A stretch of 64,000 nucleotides of DNA from Hydrolagus affinis (Eukaryota). Position 1 is the stretch's first letter. Each line of letters opens with the position of its first letter. The notes under the pieces were generated by a model. It saw only the letters and a program-made list of their open reading frames with translations, was not told the origin of the DNA and did no database searches. Positions 51,687-64,000 of the stretch are shown here, piece after piece. The stretch is taken from assembly GCA_012026655.1 (NCBI GenBank), contig JAAILG010000096.1:1-64000 (forward strand), in the 5' to 3' direction. Both the position numbers and the translations under genes were made by a program.

Positions 51687-52619
51687 AGAGACCAGAACTC
51701 TCGAAGGCGAATACAAATTACAGTGGACTTAGCTGGATAAGTAGCAGCAAATCTTGTCAGGTGCTGCTTTCAATGGCAAACTCTGTAGTATTTGCTGGTT
51801 AGACTCCAGCAGTACCTCAATGCACAACTCTTCGGTCCCCAAACCTCAGCTCTTGCCAACTTGCACTTAAAACTCTTCAAAATTAGATAATCAGGATGCA
51901 TCCCTCCTGGGAGAGAGTGCACATTCCATTCCTCACACAGGGAAATTTCCAAGTGTAGATGGCATACATATGTGGAACTCTCAGTGGTGGTGGGTTTCTG
52001 CGTGTGTTAAAACAACCGGCAAACCAAATAAATAAATCTAAAAGTAATATTTACTTGGGTTTGTCACTGTGATAAGAACTTTGTACCTCAAGAATTTAGG
52101 TTGCTTGAGGTTGCTCTGTGTGTTAATAATAGCAAAAATGGAGCCATGTCTGAATGAGGCTGGAGTGTCAGGAGATTGAATGCACAGTATTGGTAGGCTG
52201 TTCAGCACTACAGGGACTGAAATTTCTACTTGAGAATTGATGTAACATTCATTTGTAATAAAAAGAAAAAGGCAATTTGAGCTTGTCGAGGCCTCGCTGA
52301 AGGCTATTAATCAAAAACTTAGCAAAATTCTGCAATTGGAAAGGGAAATAAAGAAGTGAGCATTTAGGTCAGAGCCTGGAGTTAGTGAGAAATGAAAGAT
52401 GCTGAGTTGTATCTACTATGTGAGCCCTGAAAGGTATCAACTAAGCAGGTTGACACATTACATTATTAACTGATATTGTGCAGTTTTAGCAAGCAGAAGA
52501 ATTTCAGGTACATGCAGATGAATAATAAAGTAAATAATGCTTATAGTTATTATAGCATCTTTCATGTCGGGGGTGGGTGGGTTAGGGTTGTTGGTTTGGG
52601 GACCAGGAGAAATTCCCTT

Positions 52620-52850
52620 CACATTTTCAATTAATGCGGAAGATCTTTCACATCCACCTAAACAGGCAGACAGGACCTTGGTATTGTTCTAAAGGATGTA
52701 AACTCCAACAATACAGCACTTCACCTTCACCAGCCTAGGCTTCACTTGAGTGTCAGCTTGCACTATATGAGTTCCAACTCCCATTGTGGGTTTTGAACCC
52801 ATAAACATTTGATTCAGAGGCAACAACATCACCACCTGAACCATGCTGAT
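52620..52850 (-). mobile_element. Old Deu-type SINE 5' part
   Basis: Similar to 59070-59490. Confidence 0.6.
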
Positions 52851-52854
52851 TTTG

Positions 52855-53170
52855 CTCCTGTAGCTCAGTGGTTAGAGCACTCGCCTTACAAGTGTGAGAC
52901 CTGTAATCGAATCCAGGCACATCAGGTCAAACCCTTGGACAAGTTTCTTCACACCACACGCCTAATAATAATCCGTCAAAAAAAAACAATAATAAAATTG
53001 GTCATTTCAATCCACGAATGTTTGTGGGACACTGCTGTGCGCAATTGGCTGCCGCATTTCGCCCACAAATATACAGTCAATTCACTTTACGGTATATTCA
53101 GTGAAATGTTTTGAGACGTTGATAAGATGTGAAAAGTGCTCTATCAAATGCAAGGATTATTATTATTATT
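52855..53170 (+). mobile_element. Full-length tRNA-derived SINE
   Basis: Consensus match. Confidence 0.9.
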
Positions 53171-53639
53171 CTTTACGATAGATACTAATCATCATGTCTT
53201 ATTTGTTGAAGATGTGTGAAAATAAACCTTGGAATTTAAGGGTTACCATCTTAATGGTTGGGAACTTTCAGTTTTGTTCTACACACAGGGTGAGATTACA
53301 CAAATCAAACTGAAACCCACCATTTGACATGGAATGGGAATGAAGATGCCAGAATTGAAATTTGTCCACCGTTTGTTTCTGAAAGCTCTTGGGTCATCCA
53401 AGAGTAATCATCATCACTTTCAATCCACATCACTCATACAGCATAATATCAATTAAACGGCTCCTGGCAGCATTTCCTGCAAGTGGTGTCAAGATCAGAG
53501 CTCGTGTAATGGGTGTTTGGCTGAACCCCAATTTATACGGCACAATTTGCTTTCAATTCCTTTTTTTCCTACCTTTTTTTAATCAAACAGCTGGATGATT
53601 ATTATTAGGGTGTTATAATTAGACAGCGAGTTGTTCGGT

Positions 53640-53803
53640 TCCGGAATGTATCGCCTGAAAGGTTGGTGGAAGCCAATTTGAATAACAACTTTTAAGAGAG
53701 AAGTAGATAATTATTTGGGGAGGATGAGCTTGCAGGGCTATGGGGAGCTCTTCAATAGATACAATGAGTCAAATGGCTTCTTTCTGTGCTGTATAATTCT
53801 ATG
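53640..53803 (+). mobile_element. CR1 3' end fragment
   Basis: ggaat...cctgaaaggttggtggaagc...aatggcttctttctgtgctgtataattctatg. Confidence 0.7.
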
Positions 53804-55590
53804 AAGAGGGGAAAGAGGGGGTAAGGTGGAAGAATTGACAGAGAGAGTCCAAAAGCTTTGGCAGGTAGTGGCTGAAAGCGTACAGTGCTGTTGCCATTTC
53901 ATTTAATTGTGTTACACAACAGAGTACCACTGTAGCACCCCACAGCAAAGTGCTGTTTTATCTGGCCTTATTGCCATGTTTATGTTGTTAGCAATCTGTC
54001 TCTGAAATACCAGAGGGTGAAACAAGGAGGCAATTGCATTCCCTTGTAACTCATCTTAGATTTCCTTGTAACTCAACAGAAATAGCATGCTTTGCGCCAG
54101 TATAACGTACTTGTTGTGGTGCATGTTTTGGGTAGGTTCAAATTTGAAGTTCCTGTCTGAGAGTTTTGCAACAAAGTTGAAGCACCACAACTTCCTGATA
54201 TTACTAATGGTGTAGCTGTGAGGAGGCAATGAGAAAAGCAAGTAAGTCAACACTTCGCTGGATTTTCCTGAAGTTAAGTTCCAAATCTGAAACATAGGTA
54301 GTCAATGGGTGTGCAAAATATACATTTACCGCTTTTATAAATTTACATGGTGAAGGACACACATGTGGTTTGGTTCTTCTGTAAAGATCATGGCCTCTTT
54401 TAACAAGAGGAAATGGGTTGGTGGGGGGAAGGGTGAAAAATAATTCTGCTCTCAGATGCAAAGCATGTAACAGATGCTAGAAACTGATTTTTATGCTGTG
54501 ACTATGTTGCACATGCTCCAGTTTTCACAGGCAAATAGACAAATAGAAGGTACAGGGCAATGTCCACTTTGTGCATGATATCACTTGTTTTTTTTTTAGT
54601 GATTTATCACTGTGTTGGTTAAATGTTTATATAGATTTATTTTATTTTGAGCAGGTTACAACTCTTTAACATAATCATTAGATTCAGATAACATTGTAAA
54701 CCACAACGGTGACATTGCTTTCATGGATTCTATCTTGTTCTCTGCTATAACAGTTAAATATGTATTGCATTTATTATTTCTATGAAATCTCCAGAGATTT
54801 AAATACATAATTATAATCATTGTATTTGATTCACACCAGGAAGACGTCTCAAAGCGCTTTACGGGATTTACTAAAGTGTAGTGACCATGTATGTTGTTGG
54901 CATTTCTTGTCATTTTATGTAAAGTAACAGAACCTAGGACAGTACCAAATCAAACTTAACTTATGGGTAAATTTTCCTCCACCACCTTCCCTCACCCTGT
55001 GTTATCGTCTGTTGAAAGAGTTGAACTTATTTTACCTGCTGCCAGAATGCAATGATGTTCTAGTCTCACACTGTTCTAGTGTCTTGTGATGCCAGTGTAT
55101 CACGAAAGCTTGTTCAATGCGACTTCCTCCCAGTGACATATGGAAACCTTGAACTACTCCATTTTACGAATGATCAAATTCCAGGAACACAAATTTGGTT
55201 GAATTGAGATTTTACTTGTTTTATTTTCCTGATATTACAGAATATTTGTGATGTTTATCACTTAACTGAAGGAAATCAACAAGCAGCTTTAACTAATAAT
55301 AAGAATCCTCACATTTGAAATAGTGCTTTTCACATCGCAAGGAATCTTCACAGGATATACTGTAAAGTGTAATGAATGTATTCCGTAGGCGAATACACCT
55401 GATTGTTTTCAATTTAAGTTAACGGACTATGTTTAGTCAGTAAATTATCTTTCGAGTAGCTGTTATTATTTTCACACAGGTGTAAACAGTGTTATAATCA
55501 AAGCAATATGGCTGAAATTTGTTCCTTTGTTTTGAACAGCAGGTAAGAAGCATCTAATAGAATTCAGGACAATATTAGCAACATCTTATA

Positions 55591-55946
55591 TAATAATAAT
55601 AATCCTTGTACTTGATATAGCACTTTTCATGTCTTCGAGTCGTCGCAAAGGGCTTCACAGAATATACTGTAAAGTGAATTGACTGTTTATATGTGGGTGA
55701 AACTTGGCAACCAATTGCGCATAGCAGTGTCCCACAAACAGTCTGCAGTGTTGGTGGTTGGGAGATGGGATGGGTAGGGAGGCAGGTGGATTGGGTGACC
55801 AATTATTATTGTGTTTATTTGTGGGATTATTATCAGGCGTGGAACAAGGAAACTTGCCCAAGGTTTCGCCCTAACCTGCCTGGAATCGAACCCAGGTCAC
55901 CGGTTTGCAAGGCGAGTTCTCTAACCATTGAGCTACAGGACTCCAC
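55591..55946 (-). mobile_element. Full-length tRNA-derived SINE with 42-nt insert (55744-55785)
   Basis: Consensus match on both sides of the insert. Confidence 0.9.
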
Positions 55947-56374
55947 TATGTTCTGCTACTTGTCCTGATGTTCTGAAATATATTTATGGGATGTTTGGGT
56001 TGCTAAGCAGCTCCTGTCAGCACTCAGCTATTCCCCAATGATTAATGAATAAGAGTCTGTGGGATCATGACATCTATTGTTCTACATGACTAGCTGTACT
56101 CAAAGTACACTGGAAATAGTTCATGTTAATCTTTCTTCAGTGCCAAGTAGAAACCTACTCTTTGGGAGTTTTTCATTTGGCACTGATATGGATATTATAG
56201 ATTAACGTGTTTGTATTATTATATTGGGTTTGTCTTTAGTCTGCCTCCCTACCCATCCCATCTCTCATCCCATCTCCCAACCACCACCACTGTAGCTGAA
56301 ACCCTCATACATACTTTCATCACCTCCAGAGTTGGCTTCTCAGTGAATACTATTTCCATTTATACAGCATATTT

Positions 56375-56735
56375 ATAACAATAGTAATCTTTGCCTTAGA
56401 AAAAGCACCTTATCACAGCGTTGAGGCGTCTCAAATCGCTTAACAGAATATACTTCAAAGTGAACAAAAACGCAAAATATTGCTGATGCCGGGAATCTGA
56501 AACAAAAACAGAAATTGCTAGGAACACTCAGCAGGTAGGTCAGGCAGCATCTATGAAGAAAGGAAAAGTGAGTCAACCTTTCGGGTTCACGAGCCTTCGT
56601 CAGAATTATACTGTAAGTGAATTGGCTGTATTTTGTGAGCAAAGCACAGCAGCCAATTGCACACAGGAGTGTCCCACAAACAGTCGTGGATTGAGTGATG
56701 ACACTTTTAAAAAGAATTTCAAGGGATTATTACCC
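56375..56735 (-). mobile_element. SINE 3' half interrupted by insert 56465-56606
   Basis: Consensus resumes after a duplicated TATACTGTAA(A)GTGAA. Confidence 0.8.
56465..56606 (-). mobile_element. Short Penelope-like element with minimal hammerhead core
   Basis: Minus strand CTGACGA (56603-56597), stem-loop, GAAAGGTTGACTC; body homologous to 3700-3836; diverged TSD 56449-56464 / 56607-56621. Confidence 0.72.
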
Positions 56736-59069
56736 CGGGAAAAGCTCTTTATTGTAACCAGAGGTACATCACACTAATCGAGGTATCACCACTCAGATTC
56801 CATCTATTTCTAGAGTACAAATCTCAATTACCAGGATTTCTAATGGGATTCCTAACCTATTAGCACCTATTTGAATAATAATAATAATTCCTAACCCATT
56901 AATCCACTACGAAATGTGCCAAATTTAGAAGTAAATCTTTTTTTACTTGGAAAATTCCAATCCTCAACTTTGTTCATTTACAAAAAAAAATTGTGAATTT
57001 AGGAACAATATTTGAGAATTAAGATTCCTGAGATTTCTTTGAAATTTCTAAAAAGAATGCATTTGTTTTTTAACAAGAGGATTAAGGAAATTACTTGATT
57101 CATCTGAACACTGAAACCATGTGTTTCTAGGTCAAACAGCCACGTGTTTCAAGATCAAGTAGTGATCTTACCATGCCCTTAACACACAGAGGTGCTTCAG
57201 ACTTGCTGTCTGTGACTGTACAATATCTGCTGCTTCAGCAGGGCTCACTGAAACACGCTGTTTGTTTAACAATTATAACATCTCAACTTTGTGGAGCACC
57301 CGGCATTTATTTCAGTTTTGCAATCATAACACCGTCTAAACCAATCTTCCTGAGTTGTAGAGCAACTTGCACTTACAGTATATAGCACCTTTCTCATAGA
57401 ATAAACAGCTGAAGGTGTTTCAGAAAGACAATGCGGATCCTCCGAATATGGATGTGTATCTCATGTTACTTCAAAGGGTCTATCAAGACTTTAAAATGGC
57501 AATGTCCATTACATATTTTCTTGAGAAAAGATCGCTATTTCTAGCAATAGTTCACAAAGTGAATCAGTTCAGTGCTTTAGCTTTCAGAACACACAGCAAG
57601 CTCGGGACCCAGCATGACTATAGTCACTGCAAATGCGCAGGATTCAAAACTGAATCACTAGTTAAGATTTCATAGGACCCAAGGAAAGCTTGCACAGATG
57701 ATTATCGCCCCCACTGAATGCTGAGCGATAGCAGCAAGCTCAGCTCAGTGAGTAGTATCACATAATTTGATTTATTTTGCTATTACTTTCAGTTAATGAG
57801 ATCCTAAGAGTATAAAAGCAATGAGATGAGTTTAAAATGCATAACAGCATCAAAAATATAGATGGTGTGAGATTATGGTAAATTCCAGGGGGAAGCGCTT
57901 AATTGTAGGCCTAAATTGATGTTGTTCCTAACAAAGTAATGACTTGTAAGCCTAATTGAACACCTCTCTTTTGAAGACTTTTACATAGTCATCAGAGTAA
58001 TCTACCAGGATTTTACAGATTGTTGAGATGTTTGAAGGGAGCTGTCAAGGTAGTCACCTACAGCTAGAAAGTACAGTATATAGATTAATTGAGAAAGAGA
58101 TTGAGGAGTTTCTTGCAATTCTACTGAATTTAAGATAAAGCAGCTTGATTAAAGCAGGCAGCAGTGTTCAATCAGAAATCTTCAAAGTCTGGTATCCCAT
58201 TGGTATAATGTGGAAACTGATGGATGCTCTTATACTTTTATGAACTGACTCATAAAGTTTGATTTCCTAGTCTGAGATGCAAATGAGATGTGGTTTAATG
58301 AGGAATATATAGCTTAATGAATAACATATATGTGATTAGAAAGGAACCTTTTCAAAATTGGCAAAAGTTGGTGAGGCCAAAACAATGTAAATAAACATTT
58401 GCCACTTCTCTTAAATAAACTAAACTAAGTAATATTTCTAATTCCACATATAAATTCCACAGTTAACTACACTTTACAGCACCATATTGTGCTGATACGG
58501 TCACCGGATATCAAAGGTGCTATATCCAATGCAAGGATTATTATTAAATTGCAGGTGACTTGGCTCAGGTGGTAGCAGTCTTGTTTCTCAATCAGGTGAG
58601 TAGGTTCAAGATGCGCATCATGTAGTGAGTCATCAAGTAGACTCACAGTCTACTTGTTAAATTAAATTATAAGGAATGATACAGCACAGAAAAGAGTCCT
58701 TGCCAGTATTCAGATGCTCTTTTTCTTTTAACTTTTATTATTATTTTATTATTTTCTTCATATAATTTTTTTTTACAATCTGTGTCTTTATTGTTTTACT
58801 GTGAATTTGGTTGGAAATCAGATTTTAATGGGTTGTGACTGGCGTCACAGGCTGTTTTTTTATTGCCAATGAAAACCATTGACTCCAAAGATTAAGTTGG
58901 TCACGGAAATAGGAGCCAAGAAACCATAAATCTATCACTCATCCCTGCAGAAAGACTATAAGTGATCAGTCACCCCTACAGAGCGAACATAACTGGACAG
59001 TTGAATTGTCCTGTGACACTTTAAAGCCTCAATAAGTAAATAAATAATCATGGCATTTTGTGTAGAAGC

Positions 59070-59490
59070 TTTGATATTGGGGGAATGTTTCACCAGGGCA
59101 CCATAGGGTTTTAAAAATACTCAGTGTAGTGACTATGTATTTTTGAAAGTGAACGCAGTAGCCAATTTTCACATAGCAATGTCCCACAAGCCACCACCAG
59201 GAAGTGAGTGCCCAGTTTTATCAGGGGGATTGTTGGTCAGGCCACTGGGAGAAACTTCATTCTATCTTCGAGTAGTCCCATAGGATCTTTACTCTCCACC
59301 TAAACAGAAGACAGAACCTCAACTTGGCGTCTCATCTGATGAATGGCACCTCTGGCATGCAGCACTCTGCCAGTATTACATCGGTGTATCACTCAGAAGA
59401 CCATCTAAATTTAAAGTCTCAATGTGGGGGTTTAATCCACAGCCTTCTAACTCAGAGGGGAGAGTGCTACCACCTCAGCCAGGCTATTGC
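59070..59490 (-). mobile_element. Full-length old Deu-type SINE (SacSINE1/AmnSINE1-like architecture)
   Basis: tRNA-like head (ctggctgaggtggtagcactctcc), Deu-like centre, L2-type tail. Confidence 0.7.
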
Positions 59491-60654
59491 TTTGGCAGAC
59501 CTATTCCTGATTCCTGAATAGATTTTCTACTGCAGTATAACACTAGAATTTTTTCAACATTGTGCTGTAAGAGCTGTAAGTGCACAAAATGGACTGCCTT
59601 TAAGCCTGGAATTCCTTTCACTTAGCTGCGTCCAAAGAATTAATGCTATTCTCTGTATTTTTACTGTATTTGCTCCAGTGATTACAACTCGTCAAGTTTA
59701 TCTTGCTTTGTTGTTGAGAACCAGATAGCAAGCCAGAAAATAGAGCTGATAAACTCTGACCCATCATTGTCCACAGTTCCATTGCTGAAGGGAAGGCCGG
59801 GGGTTGGTTTGACTCTGCCAAGCAAAGGAAGTTTTGCTTTAACAATACAGAACAAAATCTTTACAATTTTAAAACTGTTACAAGCTTGCCAATCGATGGA
59901 TCTGAGGAAGTTGATGGAGCAGAAGCTGAAGCTAGACTAAGGTACCTTTTGTCAAAGAAAATCTATGAGAGTTTTGAGGAGCTGGTCTGAAGGTGGTAGG
60001 AGCTGGACTCTATTTGTGGTAGGCGAAAAGGTCGGTTGAATATGTTTTGTTTTGAAGTCAATGTGAGTTTAGCACACTTTTAGGATGTTTCAAAATTAAT
60101 AATCCTTGCCGAATTGTCTCAGAGCACTTCACAAGTCTTTTTATAAAGTGCAGTGACTATGTATTCGTAAGTGAAGAGAGCAGTTCACTACACAGCCATG
60201 TCCCACAAACAGAACCTCGATTTAACATTTCCTCAGATGAACAGTATGTGTGATACTCTCCCCCCACACTACCTTCGAGCCCCTGATTATATACAATGCC
60301 TTGGCCTTATAGCAAGTCTGAAGTTGCTTGTAGTCACGATTGTTATCATGAGTACAGTGTTTGGTGCTGAAACAACAACAACAACAACAAATTACATTTA
60401 TAGAGCGCCTTACTTAAGAGCCATGTGAGTGACTTCTACTGACAGATGAACAAAGCTCTAATTCCACTGAAAAAAAAATACAAAGCTTGAATCAATAACT
60501 TTATACCACAAGCAATCGCCCTTCCATGTTTGGATACTTCCAATAGTCTCTGGGGATGATTCACCTAATCACCAATACATTTACAGATTTGGGGTTGAGA
60601 ATGTGACTGATTTCCCATTCTGTCATAAATCTAAACATTCACTGTCCAATATGC

Positions 60655-61100
60655 GTCAGCCTGGCTCAGATGGTAGCACGCTTGCCTCTAAGTGAGATGT
60701 TTGTGGGTTGAAGCCCCACATCGAGACTTTGAATTTTATATAGTCTAGGCTGAGACTGCACACAATTCTGGGGTACCCTACATTGTTGGAGGTGCTGCCC
60801 TTTGGATGAAATATTAAACCAAGTCTTATCTACTTGTTCAGGATCCCATGGCACTATTCACAAAGGGAAGGGAGTATCACCCTATGTTCTGGCCAAAAAT
60901 GCCCCTGATTAAATTTGTTAATTGTTGTGTGGCTTGTGGGACATTGCTATGTACAAATTACCTGCCAAGTTCACCCTCAAATTATACAGTTAGTACATTT
61001 TACAGTCAATCCTGTGAAGCGCTTTGTAAAACTTTCCTAATGTGTTATGGTGCTATATCAAATGCAAGAATCATTAATATTATCGTCATCATTATTATTA
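60655..61100 (+). mobile_element. Full-length old Deu-type SINE
   Basis: Head tggctcagatggtagcac...gggttgaagcccc; centre ggaggtgctgccctttggatga...gatcccatggcactattc; tail gctatatcaaatgcaag. Confidence 0.75.
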
Positions 61101-62361
61101 TTGGGTGTGCAAGATCGAATCAAACCAAGACAGGGGAATTTGTTGTTACATGTAATGTATTTCCTGTTTAAGTGGCACAAAGCAGAGAAGTTTTGCTTCA
61201 AGAACTCAGGAAGCTCCATCCAGTCAATCACAGGAAAGGGGCTTGAGCAAAGGAAGTTACTAATGCTGCAGGTCAGAAGAGGTCAGTCTCCATCTGCAAG
61301 TGTGCCTCACTTAAAGGATAGCATCAATTGAATGTAACTGGAAAACTGAATTACAAAAGAGCTCGCTCCTTTCACCTCACAGCAATTAGCAATGCCTTAG
61401 AACGACAAGCTCATATTTCACATGGCTAATAGAGCTGCTCTGCTTCTCACCTTGGCGATCACTCAATGCCATTGTTACCTGTACAAAACAATCAGTGTTA
61501 CCTGGTCACACCAGGCGGGTAATTCACGAAAAGTAATATGAAATCTTCTAGATATAACACAATACTTTTTCTAGTTGTATTCAGGTACTGCAATCTTTAT
61601 TATTTTTTATTAATGGTTATTATTATAGAATGCTAAAAGATTACAGCAGGATATTTCAATATTTGAACAGACTCTGATCCTCTGTATTAAACGTTAAGTG
61701 TCCCATGGATTGAAACAGAATCACTAAACAATGGGCATGTTGATGTTGATTACAATATTGTGTTACCTACATGTCACAAGGATTTTTGTTTGTACGTGCA
61801 GATGTCGCGCCTTATGGTAAAGATCTCCGTGGGAATTCCATGCACAATATACTGCATTTTCAATTTATTTTTAGTAATTAAATTTGCCCCCCAAAATTCT
61901 GATGTGAAAACTGCTCTAAAAATGTAAGTTGTTGTTGTTGTTATTTTCCTCTCCTCTCTCTGTGGAGATTGTCAAACTCCTTTATCTTTCTACTGGGGAT
62001 GGAGTTCCATAACCCTCGACATCACTGGGGAAGTGAGAGAAAAACAGTCGATGATTCCTGCTGGAAAGTGTGTAGTTGACGGCATTTGGTGAGGACAAAG
62101 TCAAGATTTGCCATAATGACCCACTCCCTCGCCAATCACCCATGGTTGAATATCTATCGACAATCACTGTCCAGGCGCACACGGGAATATGATCACTTGG
62201 GTGAGGTATTGGAGAGTAGGATTCATTTAATTCCCCCAGGATTAGTCAATATGTTTAGGGGAGAGAAAATTAAGAGGGGAGAAATTAATAAGATTTTAAA
62301 AATCCGTTTTGCAAAAGGTTATGCTATTCCAGAGTGTGTTCAAGCCCCATAGTAGTGTCAC

Positions 62362-62610
62362 ACAATAATAATCCTTGCATTTAATATAGCACCTTATCAT
62401 CTCTTTGAGATGTCTCAAAGCACTTCACAGAATATGCTGTAAATTGTAGTGACTGTATATTTTGTGGACAAAACGTGGCCACCAATTTTGCACAGCATAA
62501 CATTAATAATTTTAGCATTTGATATATTACCTTTCATGTTAAGACAGTGTCTGTAAACATTTTACTGTATTTATTGTAAAGTGTACTGATTGTGTATTTT
62601 GCAGGCAAAC
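62362..62610 (-). mobile_element. Two tandem SINE tail fragments
   Basis: Consensus tail match twice. Confidence 0.7.
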
Positions 62611-62902
62611 ATAAGTCCATATGAAGTTTGTGATGGCAATTATGTTTGTTTGGTCACTGTTACTGGGTTATATGAAGGGACAAAAGGCCTCAGGTCATTA
62701 TCAACTTTCCTCAATGACAGTTAGGTTTGTGGTGTATAAGATGTGTGACCCAAACAGTTTTCCTTCTTGTTGCTGAGTTCCTGGGGATTAGTGGAGAGGT
62801 TTTCTCTGACTCACTTACAAAAGCTACAGTTAGGTGGATTTTGTGGTAAGATGGGGAGGAGGGTGCAGATGGGAAGCACTGTGGCCTATGCTGATCTCAA
62901 TT

Positions 62903-63138
62903 TACTGTAAAGTGAATTAACTGTATACTTGTGGGCGAAATGTGGCAGCCAATTGCACACAACAGTGTCCCACAAACTGTCGTAGATTGAAAATGATCAG
63001 TTAATAATTTTTTTTGAGGGATTATTATCAGGTGTGTGGAGTAAGGAAACTTGCCCAAAGTTTCATCCTGTTTGGAATCGAACCCAGGTCTCTCGCTTGT
63101 AAGGCGATTGCTCTAACCACTGAGTTACAGGACTCCAC
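62903..63138 (-). mobile_element. tRNA-derived SINE lacking its 3' tail
   Basis: Consensus match; truncated at the TACTGTAAAGTGAA site. Confidence 0.88.
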
Positions 63139-64000
63139 CTGCTAAGCATCCTTCACAGTGGGCTAGTCTATTTACCAAATCCCCTTATAGGAAGACCTAA
63201 AATAAGCAATAAGCCTTGTATGGAACATTAGTCTTAAACCATTAGAACATCATGGAGGCTGATACATCACAAGTTAGCCTGAAGAGATCCTGATCCTACC
63301 ACACTGAAGACAGATATCAATCGAATAGCTAATAGGAGTTGATGACAGCTCCTGGGAGGTATTCATGAGCAACATGTTCATATATCCAGAACTTTGAATG
63401 TACCCTGATTATTTGCAGAGATGTAAGCAGCTACTGCTCAAGCTTCGCACTTGCAACTGATGGAACCACTTTCAAACGGTAGAGATGGGTGTCCGGATTG
63501 AAGACAGAAGGATGGTGGTAGTTCTCTCATGGATTTCATGCTGATCCATGCAACTCACCAGGAAGCTTGCAGGGAGATTCTCCCGACTTCCAAAACTTTC
63601 ATCTAGCTCTGCACTGATTGATTTCTGTCTTAATATTACGTTCCACCTTGAAGATATCTTTATCTTCCACTCTACATGAACCCAGTAACAAAAAGCAGGA
63701 ATAGCTTCTCTTCATTTTACTTTGCCTTTTCAATCACAAGTACGAGTGAGTAAAATAACCTTTAAGCAACCAATATCAAAAGAAAGCAGCTGTGCTGTAC
63801 GAAGCATGTTCAGCTAAGCATCTGTCTACACTGAAGACGCCATATATAAGGTCATAAGCGAAGTGTAAGCAGTAGCTCATTTTGAAGGAAGGGAACAGCT
63901 GATTTTTTTTTGCAATTTGCACAATGGTGTTGAACATGCTGCTGTAATTCTAGATTGTGAGATACTGAGAAGTGAGCAGTGGCCTGTCAAAGGCTGTTTG

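Noticed and set aside
59618-59845. 75-aa minus-strand ORF as a coding exon
   Set aside because: No recognisable homology or convincing splice boundaries; adjacent to degraded LINE-like sequence.

Overview
Eukaryotic (vertebrate) genomic DNA, most likely a cartilaginous fish; the repeat families and compact introns suggest a holocephalan such as elephant shark (inference). It carries one complete, intact protein-coding gene, MCM9, on the + strand: 12 coding exons from 4257 to 26695, all GT-AG, 3438 nt = 1145 aa. A CpG-rich promoter region lies at about 2440-2960. I recognise no coding exons in the remaining ~37 kb. The rest is repeats: about 20 copies of a young tRNA-headed SINE (CORE-like plus Deu-like segments, L2-type tail), older Deu-type SINEs, L2 and CR1 LINE fragments, Tigger/pogo-like and hAT-like MITEs, a G-rich minisatellite and one assembly gap. 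Most notable: a ~140-bp element carrying a minimal hammerhead-ribozyme core (Penelope-like) has inserted twice, in opposite orientations, into the same 15-bp site of two different SINE copies, each time duplicating that site. Other SINE copies show further lesions at this site and at a second site.
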